A DNA stretch of 64,000 bases from Camelus dromedarius (lineage: Eukaryota), in contig NC_087437.1 of the NCBI RefSeq assembly GCF_036321535.1, forward strand, positions 37,078,001-37,142,000, in the 5' to 3' direction. Under the pieces are notes generated by a model, which made no database searches, was not told where the DNA came from, and worked only from the letters and a program-made list of their open reading frames with translations. Of the stretch, positions 51,889-64,000 are shown piece after piece (within the stretch, counting starts at the first letter, position 1; every line of letters starts with the position of its first letter). The translations under genes were made by a program, and so were the position numbers.

Positions 51889-52280
51889 TCAGTGGTATGT
51901 TAGTGAATGTTTAATAACCAACTCATAAAGGGGAAGATAAATAATCCCTGACTTGTAGCATTTGCTGATCTCTGTGGTATAAATATCCCCCATGCTGGCT
52001 GATTTTAAGCTACCAACCAAAGTGAAATCACTGAACACAGATGGAAGAAATGCACGGAAGCACACCAACCAAACAGCATTTCTACCACACAGGTATTTCA
52101 GACATAAAAACACTGAAGAGCACAGATAACAGTAAAAATTAAGAAAATTAAGAAATATTGTGTTTTGAGTATGGAGTCCCTTTTTAAATGTAATTTACTT
52201 AATTATAAATTTATATAATTTAATTTTTAATTATAGTTGAATTTTACAAGGAGTTCATGAAATCCCTGAAAATTTAACAA
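51889..52280 (+). mobile_element. MER63-like hAT-Blackjack DNA transposon
   Basis: Start 'cagtggtatgttagtgaatgtttaataaccaactc', internal 'ttgtagcatttgctgat...gtggtataaata...gctgattttaagctaccaa', and end 'cctgaaaatttaacaa'. Confidence 0.75.
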
Positions 52281-53015
52281 ACATTAATCTTAAATTGTGT
52301 ATTAATGTGTCTATTTTCTATGAGATTAGATAACTGAATATTATATTTTTTGAGGGTTAAGTGACTGCATCCTACAGCTTTTGATTTGTAATTCAACTAT
52401 ATCACATAACTACATTAGTAGGCACCTAGTGAGTATTTTTGTTCAATTATTTCATATTGTGGATTCATAATTAACACTAAACATTATGACTACTGAAGTA
52501 CAGGTATTTAAAATTGAATTTGCCTATTAATATTTATAGTGTACACATACTTTTGAATATAACCTTTATGCATTATATTTAAGGAACAAAAAATTAGGCT
52601 TTCTTGCCTTAGCAATAATTAATATGAATTTCTTTAATCATCATGGGATTCCAATTCCAAAAAAATAAAAATTGACATAATCGATTTATTTTCTTGCATA
52701 GTTCTAATCCTCAAATGTTGGAAATTAACAATGTGTTTCATAATAATTCATGTAAATAAGTAACTCTAATTTTACCATACAATGATGTAGCAGTATATCA
52801 CATTGTGATTGTAACTTTAATTTCAAAGTTGGATGAAATACACAGAAATTCAAATATTTGAATTTCTAGTCATTGAAGATCATTGTACATCATTACATTA
52901 TCTTCAGAGTACTTTAAACTTTCTTTTTTGGAAAGAAGTCAACCTAGACTTAAAAGTGTTAGAGAAAGACATAGTGCCTTTTTGTTATACATAAGGAAGC
53001 TGACACAGAGTACCC

Positions 53016-53519
53016 CTAGAGTAGACTGAACAATCTCTCCTAAGATGGTCATGTCCTAATTTCCAAAACCTATAAATACATTGCCTTACATGAAAACAGA
53101 GACTTTACAGATACAATTAAATTAAGAATCTTGAAATGGTGAGATTATTCTGGATTACTTGGGTAGGTCCAATGTAATCAGAAAGGCTTTCATAAGAGGG
53201 AGACTACAGAGTCAGAGTTGAGAGGCAGAAGGAGACTGGAGGCCAGAAACAGAAGTCAGAGAGAGATCTGAAGGTGTTTCTGATGGTCTTGAAGATGGAG
53301 GAAGGGACAACAAGCTAAGGAACGCAGATGGCCTCTAGAAGCTGGAAAAGACAAGAAAACAGATTCCCTCTTAGACCAACCATTCAGAAGGTATGCAGGC
53401 TTGATGACACCTTGACTTTAGGGCTCTAAACACCTAGAATAGTAATATAATAAATTTACGTTGCTTTGAGTTACTAAATTTGTGATAATTTGTTATAGCA
53501 GCATCAGGAAATTAATATA
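53016..53519 (+). mobile_element. MLT1D-like MaLR solo LTR, near full length
   Basis: 'gagattattctggattacttgggtaggtccaatgtaatca', 'ttgaagatggaggaaggg', 'gcctctagaagctggaaaagacaagaaaacagattc', AATAAA, and 'aatttgttatagcagcatcaggaaattaata'. Confidence 0.9.
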
Positions 53520-55004
53520 TTACTTATATGACTTCTCAGCTCTCCTATAAACAGATATTCCAACCTGGGGCTCTACCTCAATAAATGTTTTATTCTACAG
53601 TACTATTCCTTTGCATTCCAAAATTTCACTCCCAGTCTTAAAACACTGAAAGGTCACTGTAATTGTAAATCAAATAGCTGTATAAGCAGACAAAGATTAA
53701 CATACAAAATCCTAACAAAGGGGAAAAAATAAAACTATGCCATGAAATTAAAAGCTTTAAAGGAGATTCATTTATTCTAAAATAAGGTAGACCAAATTAT
53801 CTGAAGTAGAGATACACAAATATACATGAAGCAATGAGTAAGAATCTTAGTAACTAGGTTAACAAAACAGTCTTTCAAACTCAACGACATTAGGTATATG
53901 AATGGAAAAGCTTTATCTTGTCTGTTACTTTTTGTGTATCTCATACTTAGCACATGATTGGCCTATATAGTACTTGGTTTGTAATCATCTGTCAAATACA
54001 CTTCACCTAAAAATTGAAGGATAAGTAACAATTCAACATAAAGATGTACTCAAGGCAATGTAATCTTGTTTTTTAAGCAGGAAAAAAACATTGTTAAAAC
54101 TTCCAAAAAATTTAATGCAAACATTTTCATTGTTAACAAAATGTGAACATGCTAAATGTTTTCTAATATAGATTGCTGTTATCTTCAATGAACCATAGGT
54201 TCATTTTATGAACCATTAAGTGAGTCAATGTTCCAATTGTACTGGAACAAAAGCCTTCTAAAATTTGGGAGCCTAAAGAGAATTGGTAATTTTAAAAGGA
54301 GGTGATGACTGAGAAGCAGAAAGCATGGACAACACCAAAATGTAGTCAGAACAGCAAAAGATGAGTCAAGGAATGACCTGCACTAGATAATAATTTAATA
54401 TAGCAGGGGACTTTAAATCCTAGAAGGTCTAAGTAAAGGAATGAAAATCATCAGGCAAATTTTAAATTTAAGTTTAAATTCAAGTGATTATTAAATGGGA
54501 TACAGCTGGTCTAATTTATCATAGGGTTTTTAATCTAAGATGAATTGCAGGGACTCAGAGAACATGCTGTAATACGTTCTGTGTATTCTGTTGGCATATG
54601 AAAATCACAAATTAGTAATTCTAAAATAGGTTGTGAATCACAGATCTAGATCAACTTTTATGGATAACACCTTTTCACAAAGAGATCAATTTTGAAATTA
54701 CAATGATCTGTTTCTACAATCATTAAAGTACAGGCTTCATAAAGCTTAATGTCAACAAAAGTGCCACTAACAGACATGTTATACTAAGATGTTAGGTAGG
54801 TTCATACATTATCATATCTTTAAAATATCTCATACTTTTGTATCCTCCACTTCCATTTTGGGAATCATAATCTAGAGTTCCTATTATCCTATACATCTAT
54901 TTTAAAACTTTGGAGTAACATTGGAAAATCAATTTATAGGCAATTTAGATATGACTTTTTTTGAGGTGTCATAACTTGTTTATATATATATATATTCTTA
55001 TATG

Positions 55005-57200
55005 CATATATATTCTTTAAATTGTAACAAAATTCAAGAGAGAATAGTATAATAAATATGCATATATCCATCACCCACCTTCAACTACCATCAACTCATG
55101 ACCAATATTGTTTTATGCATACTCCCTTATTTATAGCTCTCACCTCCAGATTATTTTGAAGCAATCCCAGGAGTCATTTCATCAAAAATATTTCCTTTGT
55201 GTTTCTAAAATATGCCTTTTATTGTTATTTATCCTATATCTTTTATACCTATAATTTGTATTATTTTGTTTTCCTTCTATTAATTTGCTAATTATATATT
55301 TTTACTATTATTAGTGTCTACTGAATGTATCTTTAACATTTCCAACAAATAAGAATTCTTAGTTTCACCAATTCTGAAAGTTGTAGAACTTTAGATCCTT
55401 TAAAATTTGTTTCCCCTCGATGATGTTTTTCCTTTTTTGGAAAGCACTGCTTTACCTAATGTAATCTGAATGCTACAAGACACTGTAATTATTCTGCTCT
55501 TTGTTGGTATTTATTTTATTGACCTACATATTTACCTTCTGTGATGGTCTTCATTTCCCCTGAATAATCATGTTTCTGTTTGGGGACTTTTTCTTTTACC
55601 AGAACTGTGTTTAATTTCTTTAAGTGCAGTCCTGTGGTGACAAATTTCCTTGGTCATCATTTGCTTAGAAAAGGCTTTATTTACTTCATTATCTCTTTTA
55701 AAGAATGTTTTCACTGGGCAAATGTTTCTAGATGTGTTTACTTCCTTGTATCATTTTAAAGATGTCTTTCATCACTTTCTGGCTTTCAGTATTTCTGTTG
55801 AGTAGTCACCTATCTATCATATTGTTGGCCCTTTCAAAGTAATGTGCCTTTTTGTTCTGACTGCTTTTAAACCTTTTCTAAGGTTACCAATAGGTTTATC
55901 TTCTATGCATGAGTGTGGCTTTCTTTGGTTTTGAGGTTTGCTAACTTCCTGAATCTGAGGGTTGATATATCTTATCAGTTTTGAAATTTTTCAGCCATTA
56001 TCACTTCAAATAGTATTTTTACCGTATTATCTCTTTTGTTTCCTTTTGAGATTCCACTAACAAACAAGTTCGACCATTTTGGTATAACTCACAAGTCTCT
56101 TCCTTTCATCTATTAAAATACTTTTCATATTTTATTAAGAGTGTTTATTGACCTGTCTTTGAGTTTACTGATCCTTTATTTTCTAGTGAAGCCATCAGTG
56201 AGTTCTTAATTTTTTTCAATTCTAGAATGTTCATTTTATTCCTTTTAAAATAGATTATAATTATTTCAAAACCCTCATTCTGCTTTTTTCTTATTCAAAA
56301 AATTTTGTTTAGTAAGTTTATCATAGTTATTTCAAAGACTACATCTGCTAGTCCCAGTAACTAGACCATCTGTGTATTCCACATATATTGTCTGTTTTCC
56401 CCTTGATTATCAGCCATTGCTTTTATTTGTCACATGCTTTATCATTTTTTATTGTTATTATATGTTGAAAATTGCATATCACCCCCCCCAAAAAAAATCC
56501 AGATGTTCTCATCTTTCACCAATCATGGATCTCTCTTTACCTTATTAAGTAATAGAATCAAGAGCTGAACAGGGTCAGGCTATATTGCAGGGTTAGTAAA
56601 AGTAAGTGCAGCTTAACTTCACCCTTGTTTTTAAGGCATGACCCTCCCTGATGTACTCTGGGAGATCAAGCTGTGTCCTTCAGAGACTCCAAATCAAGCT
56701 CTCTTTTTACAGCTTCAAGAAATTCAAAATTGAGCAGTATCTTAAGGGAAATAAAACTGTTGTGCTCAAGGTAAATATCCTTCCTAACAGGTTTTTTTTT
56801 CTTTTTTTTAAGAACTATAAGATGAGGGACATCGACTCTATCTTTTATAAACTTTCAACCTAGTTCCCCAGTCTCCTACATGGCATCAGAACTCAACAAA
56901 CGTCCAATGAAAAAAAAAATACCTATTAGTTTCTTTCTCTCTAGGTCCAGTTGCTCCCATCAGCCTCACATGACTGCTACATTGTAGGCTCATTTCTATT
57001 TCTCCTAACAGATGTTTTTTTTGGTTTGGAAAAATCCCAATATTTAGCCCATTCCAAGGATTAATGAACTCCCAGAAGAGAGCATCACCTTCCGTTGGAA
57101 AAGTTCTCTTCTGTCTGAAATATTTGCTTATCTAATCCTCATAGCATTACAACTCTTTGATATCATTATAATATTATCTTATAATTTATGCAAGGTCTTT
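55005..57200 (-). mobile_element. Ancient L1M fragments: 3' tip (~55005-55210) and ORF1/5' region (~55550-57200)
   Basis: 'gagagaatagtataa...atcacccaccttcaac...gattattttgaagcaa' is an L1MC-like 3' tip. T-rich antisense ORF1 landmarks follow ('aagaatgttttcactggg', 'tttctggctttcagtatttctgttgagtagtca', 'aaatttttcagccattatcacttcaaata'). Confidence 0.7.
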
Positions 57201-57829
57201 TTTTTTTTTTTTTTGGTTAAGCTGTATGAAATTTCCAGTATTTTTAGGTCAGAAACAAATTGCCCCAAGAGATTTAGCCAGCCATGACCTACCATGTTTT
57301 ATTCATAAGCAGAATTTTGAAATAAAAAAGATTTTTTACAATATATATTTAGCAAAATTGCAGCCTGCAAACACTGTTTATATTTTAAGTCCAATTAAAT
57401 AAGTAATTTATTTATACAATGAACAGCTAATACATGCCTTTTATTATTCTCAGACTTAGTGTTACATGTTGAATATATAATTGGCAAAACAGACTCAATT
57501 CCTACCTAGATGAGCTGAAAACTTTAATCAGGGAGACATCTTTGCCCACAAATTCATACAAATACATAATCTAAAACTTTATTCAGAGAAAAAATTCTGT
57601 TGAGCTATGAGAATATTTATAAAACGGACCTAATCCAGTCTGAGGAGTTTAGATAAGGCTTCTGTAAGAAAGTGGCTTTTAACTTCAGAGCTGAATAATG
57701 CATTAAAGCTAGGATTTAACATGTAGATAAGTACAGAACTATATAAATGTAGATAAATGGAAATATATTCACCAGAAATGAGTGTACCTTAGTGAAACAA
57801 TGATTCATAATCCTATAATAAGACATATT

Positions 57830-58255
57830 GGCACATGAAAAGATGCTCAATATTGCTAATTATCAGAAAGATTCAAATCAAAACTATAATGAGGTATCAC
57901 CTCACACTGGTCAGAATAGCCATCATTAAAAAGTCCACAAATGATAAATGCTGGAGAGGTATGGAGAAAAGGGAACCCTCCTACACTGTTGGTGGGAATG
58001 TAACTTGGTGCAGCTACTATGGAAAACAGTATGGAGATTCCTTGAAAAACTAAAAATAGAGATACTATATGATTCAGCAATCCTATTCCTGGGCATATAT
58101 CTGGAGGACACTTTAATTCAAAAAGATACACGCTCTGCAATGTTTACAGCAATAGTATTTACAGTAGCCAAGACATGCAAGCAACCTAAATGTCCATCAA
58201 CAGATGACTGGATAAATAAGGTGTGTGTGTGTGTGTGTGTGTGTGTATACTAGGT

Positions 58256-58296
<41 letters not shown>

Positions 58297-58731
58297 ATGG
58301 AATACTACTCAGCCATAAAAAAGAATGACATAATGCCATTTGCAGTAATGTGGATGGACTTAGAGATTATCATACTAAGTGAAGTAAATCAGAGAAAGAC
58401 AAATATCACATATCACTTTATGTGGAATCCAAAATATACAAAGGAACCTACTTACAAAACAGAAACAGACTCACAAACAGAAAACAAACTTATGGTTACC
58501 AAAGGGGAAAGAAGGGAGGGATAAATAAAGGAGTTTCAGATTTCAGATACTACTATACAAAATAGACAAACAACAAGGTCCTACTGTGTAACAGAGAACT
58601 ATACTCAAAATCTTATAATAACCTACAATAAAAAAATATGAAAAGGCATATATATGTATAACTGAATCACTATGCTGTACAACAGAAAATAACACAACAT
58701 TGTACATCAACTATACTTCGATTAGAAAAAA
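57830..58731 (+). mobile_element. 5'-truncated L1 (ORF2 C-terminus + 3' UTR), cetartiodactyl-type, with short TSD
   Basis: [38 protein letters not shown] and MEYYSAIKKN. TSD aataagacata (57817-57827) vs aataagacaca (58732-58742). Confidence 0.93.
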
Positions 58732-60664
58732 AATAAGACACACAAGATTGTGTGAATACCCTGAGTGTTGTTTAATCTGAATTTGGTGGGCCAGAGTACG
58801 TTCCCATAGAATTTTCCATCTAAGCTCACATAGGAAAGGTAAGTTGATGTCAGTCATGAAAAAACAGGGAAATCTTATATTTTAGACAGAGGGAATTACA
58901 GAGAAAAACATAACAGTCCTTTAAAATGTTTGGAAATAAGTTAGATAAAGATAAAAAAAAATAGCTATTCAAGGATTTTCATCAGGGAACTGACATGATC
59001 TGTTAAGCATTTTACAGAATTTACTCTGAACTCAATGTGGTAAAAGATTCAGAGAGAAAAAGCCTATCATCAAGAAGCGGTGACTATTCCAGGATAGAAA
59101 TGACTAATCAGAATTCCAGAGAGCACTGTGAATAGTGGCTATTTTGAGGAATTTTAGAAGACTGGTGTGTCAGGGATTTTCATTTGATTTGATCTAGGGT
59201 TTAAGAGAGGGAAGATAATACAGGAAATACAGGTAGGAAGCAGCAAGTTTGTCATCTGAGGGATATAGATTGGAATTTGATATTGATGAAGTCAATTTTT
59301 AATGAGAGTGAAATTTAAAACATAGCCTATGTGGGCAGTTGGCTGCAGTTGTGCTGAGATAAAGGTCATTAGTGTTTAGAAAGGTAAAACAACTAAGAGG
59401 TTAGGATATGTAAGATTAATCAAAATGGATATTGAAGCCACTCAAGTGAATAGCAACTGGAAAGATGTACCAGGTAGAATGATATTGAGAAGGTTTAGAG
59501 GGTATAAAACTTTTAATATCAGAGAAGAGTGCTGAAGATGGGGGATGCCTGAATTATCCGTTGGTCAGAAGACATCAGACATCACTTTGATCATGTTAAT
59601 TCCACTTATACTTATTCGTGCTTTAATTGTAGAAATATGCATATGCTGACACTTTTGTTTTAATATTTGTATGAAGAAAGAAAATGTGCTAGCCATGCAA
59701 GTAAATCACAAGAACACAGGAGAGTAATTCATTTGGAAAACAGGGACAGCTTTAACAGCAATATGATATAAACCTGAAGAGTAAATTTTAACCTATACAA
59801 ATACAGCAAACTGCTTTTGTGAAACAGAGTTCAGTACAACCATGAAGAAAAGAATGACTCTTTAATTTTACCTGGGAGAAGTAAATGGATGGATACTGGC
59901 ACTGACAAGAATGTTCCTTCCTGTGCTTATATTTTTATTAAAGACGTCAGACGAGTTTTCAATTTTAGTTAAATGCTGCTACATTCAAGAAACGTGGCCT
60001 TCGAAAATGGCACAGAGAAGCAAAGGAGGATATATAAGGCAATCCTGACAATATTTAAATCAGTCCTAACCCCTAAGTGCGTATCAGAAGAAGATAAATT
60101 AATGTACAGTGGTCTCAAAATTTTTGCATTTTCATAGAGAAAAAGAACATTCTTTCCTAAAAGAGTATTTCTAAAAATAAAAGATTTTAACATGCTGGTT
60201 TTTGCTTACCTACTCTTGTGAAAAATCATATTCAGATATTCAATTCAGGAAAAAAAAAATCCCTGAGTGTGTAAGAGGCTAAGGAAACAGCGACAGCTAC
60301 AGCAGTAGTTAACATAACATTTGTAAGTGATATCCATCACAAATCAAATATATCTATTTCTTCTCCAGTCTGGAGAGCGGGAGCCCGGCGGCGGCTCATG
60401 TGTGTGTGCTATCTAAGCAGTGAGAGGTAAAGCATTCAAATCCTCTTTACTGTAATGAGAATGGAGAAACCTGCTTCAGCTAACTCTGAAAAAACCGGTC
60501 GTCTCACGCTCAAGTGATGTGTAAGTGTAAAGCAGTTCCCCTTGTGAGGACATGAAGGAAACTTCTCCACTGGACAGTAATTCTGGAACGCTGTATCACA
60601 AGACAAATCAGAACCAAGGGGCCATACAGAATTCTTCTTTGATGTCTGTGTGTAACACACATGT

Positions 60665-60703
<39 letters not shown>
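60665..60703. repeat. (CA)n microsatellite, ~19 units
   Basis: Directly visible. Confidence 0.95.
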
Positions 60704-60705
<2 letters not shown>

Positions 60706-61624
60706 ACTCTGGACAGAGAATATAAATCAGAAAAGAAATAAATAGAAATTTAATCTTAAGCCTTGATTCCTCCTGGCAAGTAAATATCTATGTCATTTCC
60801 CATATAGGACTCCTTACGTTCCACCTCTGTCTTGCACATGTCAATACCTCTGTCTGCCCATTGAATATCTATCTACATCCTTCTCCAAATCTGATCATTT
60901 CGTAATTACTTCAAGAGCTAAGGCCATGGTCACCTTTTTCAAAAGCCATCACTGCTTTCATGTTCTGCATCCAGACTAGAGTCAAAACTGATGTTAGCAA
61001 CTAGTATTAGTGGGTATTAATGGAACACCTTAAAAGCCAACGTATTCAAAATAAGAAAAGCAAAGTTCAAAGGCAGAAAATGTAAAAATGGCTACACAAA
61101 GCCTCTGGCCCCCTGTGTCAGACATGGAGAACACTTTACTACTCTGGCCAATTCTGTAAAAAGTACCTGAAACTGACAAGCTTTCAGTTTAGACTAAAGA
61201 ATTCTATTCTCTGCTTTAAACCAACACTTTACAAAGTTTGCCAATTGGTCTATAAATAAGCTTTCCCTAGTTTGCAAGGGAAAAAGTTGTGAAAAATTAG
61301 AATCAATGTAATTAGTTCTTTATATGACAATATTTATTAAAACTGAAAGACTGCCCTGTGTTTAAAGATAATGTTCTTCCTACATTTTGGTGATAATAAA
61401 TGATAATTTGGATTATTTGTCTCATTTGTTTTCATTCTGTAAATTAAGTACCAGAAATCATATGCTAGTTACTGATTTTTCCTCCGAGTCTATAAAAATC
61501 AAAGGGCTCTACTGCCACTTAGTTACTCTCTAGATAAAATTCTTTTTGATAAGGGGATATCAAAGAATTTAGTAACTGTGAAAAACATTCTCAGTTCTTC
61601 AGGAGATTTTTAACCCTCATTTTT

Positions 61625-62160
61625 TCATTCATTCCCTCAAAAAACATTACTAAGCCTTACCACGTGCCTGACAGTTTCCTAAGCACCTAGGGTATCTGTG
61701 AAAATGCCAGATAAATTTCCTCCTCTAATGGACCTTAAATTCTACTTCAGGGATAAAGATAATAAACCAATAAATCGATTAATTTATACATGCACAACAC
61801 ACACACATTAAAAACAATGAGTATATAGCATGCATAAAGTTAAAATACAATTATGTCACAGTCACTAAGTAGGTATATATATTTGGAAGATTATGAAAAG
61901 TCTCTCTGAGAGGTAACATTTAAATATCTGATTGACAGAAGCCAGTCAACAAAAGCCTCTTTCAGATGGAAGAGCAGCTGAATAAAAGGCCTGAGGCATA
62001 GCCTATGTAGAATGACTGATGCCCCCTGGAGCTGCGCAGAGCAGCAGGGCTGACTCAAAAACAAAAAGAATGCTGTTTTACCGAAAAATAGCAGGCAAGA
62101 CTAAGGAAAAAGAGTAGTAAGAGAGATAATGGTAAGAGAGACAAATGAGGATTGTAAACT
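61625..62160 (-). mobile_element. LINE-2 3' end
   Basis: 'ttcattcattccctcaaaaaacattactaagccttaccacgtgcctgaca...cctcctctaatggaccttaaattcta' is the antisense L2 terminus. Confidence 0.7.
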
Positions 62161-62653
62161 CAGTTCCAAAACACGAAGTCTCCTCAGATTTAATCTTTCA
62201 CTCAATAATTAGTCACACCAAATGGACACACAACATAGTTCATATGTGCAATTACTCATTTGTTTCTGATAATAAGAGTTTACTATGTTTACTTTTTAGA
62301 CCTCCATTCTTTTAGGCAAAACTGAGGTACAGTAATACGTGCCCCATCACACAGATAATAAAAGAGAAGCAGTATCTGGGAGCGTGCAATCTATCTCTAA
62401 ACTTTTAAGTAGGATGTTGCACTTACTGGTATGTTGCTTGCAATTACTTCATGACCATGCCATAAAAAGATGGATGTTCTTAACTTATGAAAGTTAAAAC
62501 CTATTTGAAGATAAGGTATTTGAATAAAAATCCTATACAAGTGACTTGAAGATTAAACTGTGTTTACCAACATATGTGCTATGGACTGGAATTTCATGTT
62601 ATATTCTCCCATTGTCTGTTATGATGAAGCTATGCATTAGCATAGTTTTATAG

Positions 62654-62876
62654 CAATGGTTCTCAGTCGGAACAATTTTGCCCTCGCAAAAAGCATTTGT
62701 CAATGAATGGGGACACTTTTGGTTGTCATATCTGGGATGGGTAGGGGATGGCTACTGGCATCAAATGGGCAGACACCAGAAATGATGCTCAACATTCTAA
62801 ACCGCAAAGGATAGATCCCCAAATAAAAAAATCATCTGGCCCAAAATGTCAATAGTGCTGAGACTGGGAAACTCTG
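62654..62876 (+). mobile_element. MER20 hAT-Charlie MITE, full length, with 8-bp TSD
   Basis: Termini caatggttctca...tgggaaactctg and internal 'tttttggttgtca'-like, 'gctactggcatc' and 'ggcccaaaatgtcaatagtgctgag' segments. TSD ttttatag (62646-62653) vs ctttatag (62877-62884). Confidence 0.92.
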
Positions 62877-62994
62877 CTTTATAGACATGAACAGGGAAAA
62901 CAATATATTCAATGCAGTTAATTTCTTCTTGAGAATCTAGATAGTGTTCACACCATGAATAAAGCTTGTAGTAAACCTCTCTTTCTCTCTCTCC

Positions 62995-63535
62995 TGTGCT
63001 GCTCTTACTTTGGCTGCCCAGTATCTGAAAACCCTTTCTGTGTATAGGAAAATTCCCACATTATGATTCTCAGTGAAAAACTAAGAAAGCCTCCAATTGC
63101 AGGAGCTTAAAAATGTCAGCTATTACCTTATCCTTGCACCTAAAATATAGTCATATGGCATTGGCTCAACAGCAGTAAAATAATCCACCCAGACCTTGAA
63201 TTAGTATCTGGTGATGGAAGCAACTGGGGATGGCCAAAATCTGCCTCTGGCAACAGCTACAGGAAGGCCAGCTTCCTGGAGTGATGCAGTAGCAGTGCTA
63301 AGGCCTGGCTGTGCTGCAGTTCAAGCTGATCTTTGGTTCTTGGCAGCTGCAAGGTTTCCATCACCAAAACTGTTATGCAATGTGATTTGGAAGGTTGTTC
63401 CTGGAGTCACAACCTGATTCTGTGGTCCATTCAGAAACTATGAGAGTTGCCCAGAGTCCGCTAATAAATTTGTGTTCTATCTCATTCAGCCAGGATGGGA
63501 TTCAGTTGATTTCAAACACAAAACTCTGATAAAGA
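62995..63535 (+). mobile_element. LTR33-like ERV-L solo LTR
   Basis: 'ttggctgcccagtatctgaaaaccctttctgtg...aattcccaca', 'cacccagaccttgaatt', and 3' 'taataaatt...tcagccagga...gattcagttg'. Confidence 0.6.
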
Positions 63536-64000
63536 GCTACTACTTTGTCTTGTTCTACTGGTATCATGATATCTATATCTTGTAAATGCCCATATCTTGA
63601 GAAGATATATGCCAGTGTATATATTCAATTTGACTTTTCCTTCAACTCTTTAATTATATACAAAAACATATAAAGTATGGGTAGAGTTTGTTTTTTTTTT
63701 AAGTAGCAAATCAAACTCATGTACTGTCACCCAGCTTATAAATTAGGGGGAAAAAAACAACGGATGATGTTCTCTGTGCGCCCCTACACATTTGCCCCAT
63801 CTCTCTCCACAAAGAGGTGACCCCATACTGAATACATATAATATATACATATATGTGTATGTATATCAGAATATTCTTGTTTATATATATATTCTAGTGT
63901 ATATATTTAAATGTCTATATATTTGATATAATAATATATATATTCTTATATATATGTATACACACACACAGATTCTAAGTATATCTGAAAGATGTATTAA

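Noticed and set aside
55005..57200. A second, ancient ORF1-plus-3'-end (HAL1-like) element
   Set aside because: Too decayed, with no TSD. It cannot be distinguished from adjacent unrelated L1M fragments without alignment.
1..64000. tRNA/snRNA/rRNA genes, processed pseudogenes, CRISPR arrays, prokaryotic systems
   Set aside because: None recognised. The sequence is mammalian repeat-rich non-coding DNA, though very old or short relics could have been missed by eye.

Overview
AT-rich, CpG-poor mammalian DNA (gene desert or very large intron) dominated by transposable-element relics. I can support no host protein-coding exon, RNA gene or CRISPR array. Nearly all listed ORFs are LINE-1 fragments, antisense shadows of them, or chance. 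The youngest L1 3' UTRs look cetartiodactyl, most like camelid L1 as I recall it (inference, no search run). Repeat family names are from recalled consensus sequences and most old-repeat boundaries are approximate. The most notable structure is a ~3.06 kb TSD-flanked L1 derivative (24455-27511). It has a full 5' UTR containing a ~58-nt tandem array and a near-intact ORF1 with one nonsense codon, then jumps to the last ~122 codons of ORF2 and the 3' UTR, giving an ORF1-only, 'half-L1'-like architecture. Also present: a twin-primed (5'-inverted) L1 at 40.3-42.7 kb, a readable ERV-L reverse-transcriptase fossil at 34 kb, and palindromic TG/CA microsatellites. A CpG-enriched, repeat-free patch near 60.0-60.6 kb carries a strong minus-strand splice donor and could be a promoter or first exon. 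I found no convincing novel multi-gene system.
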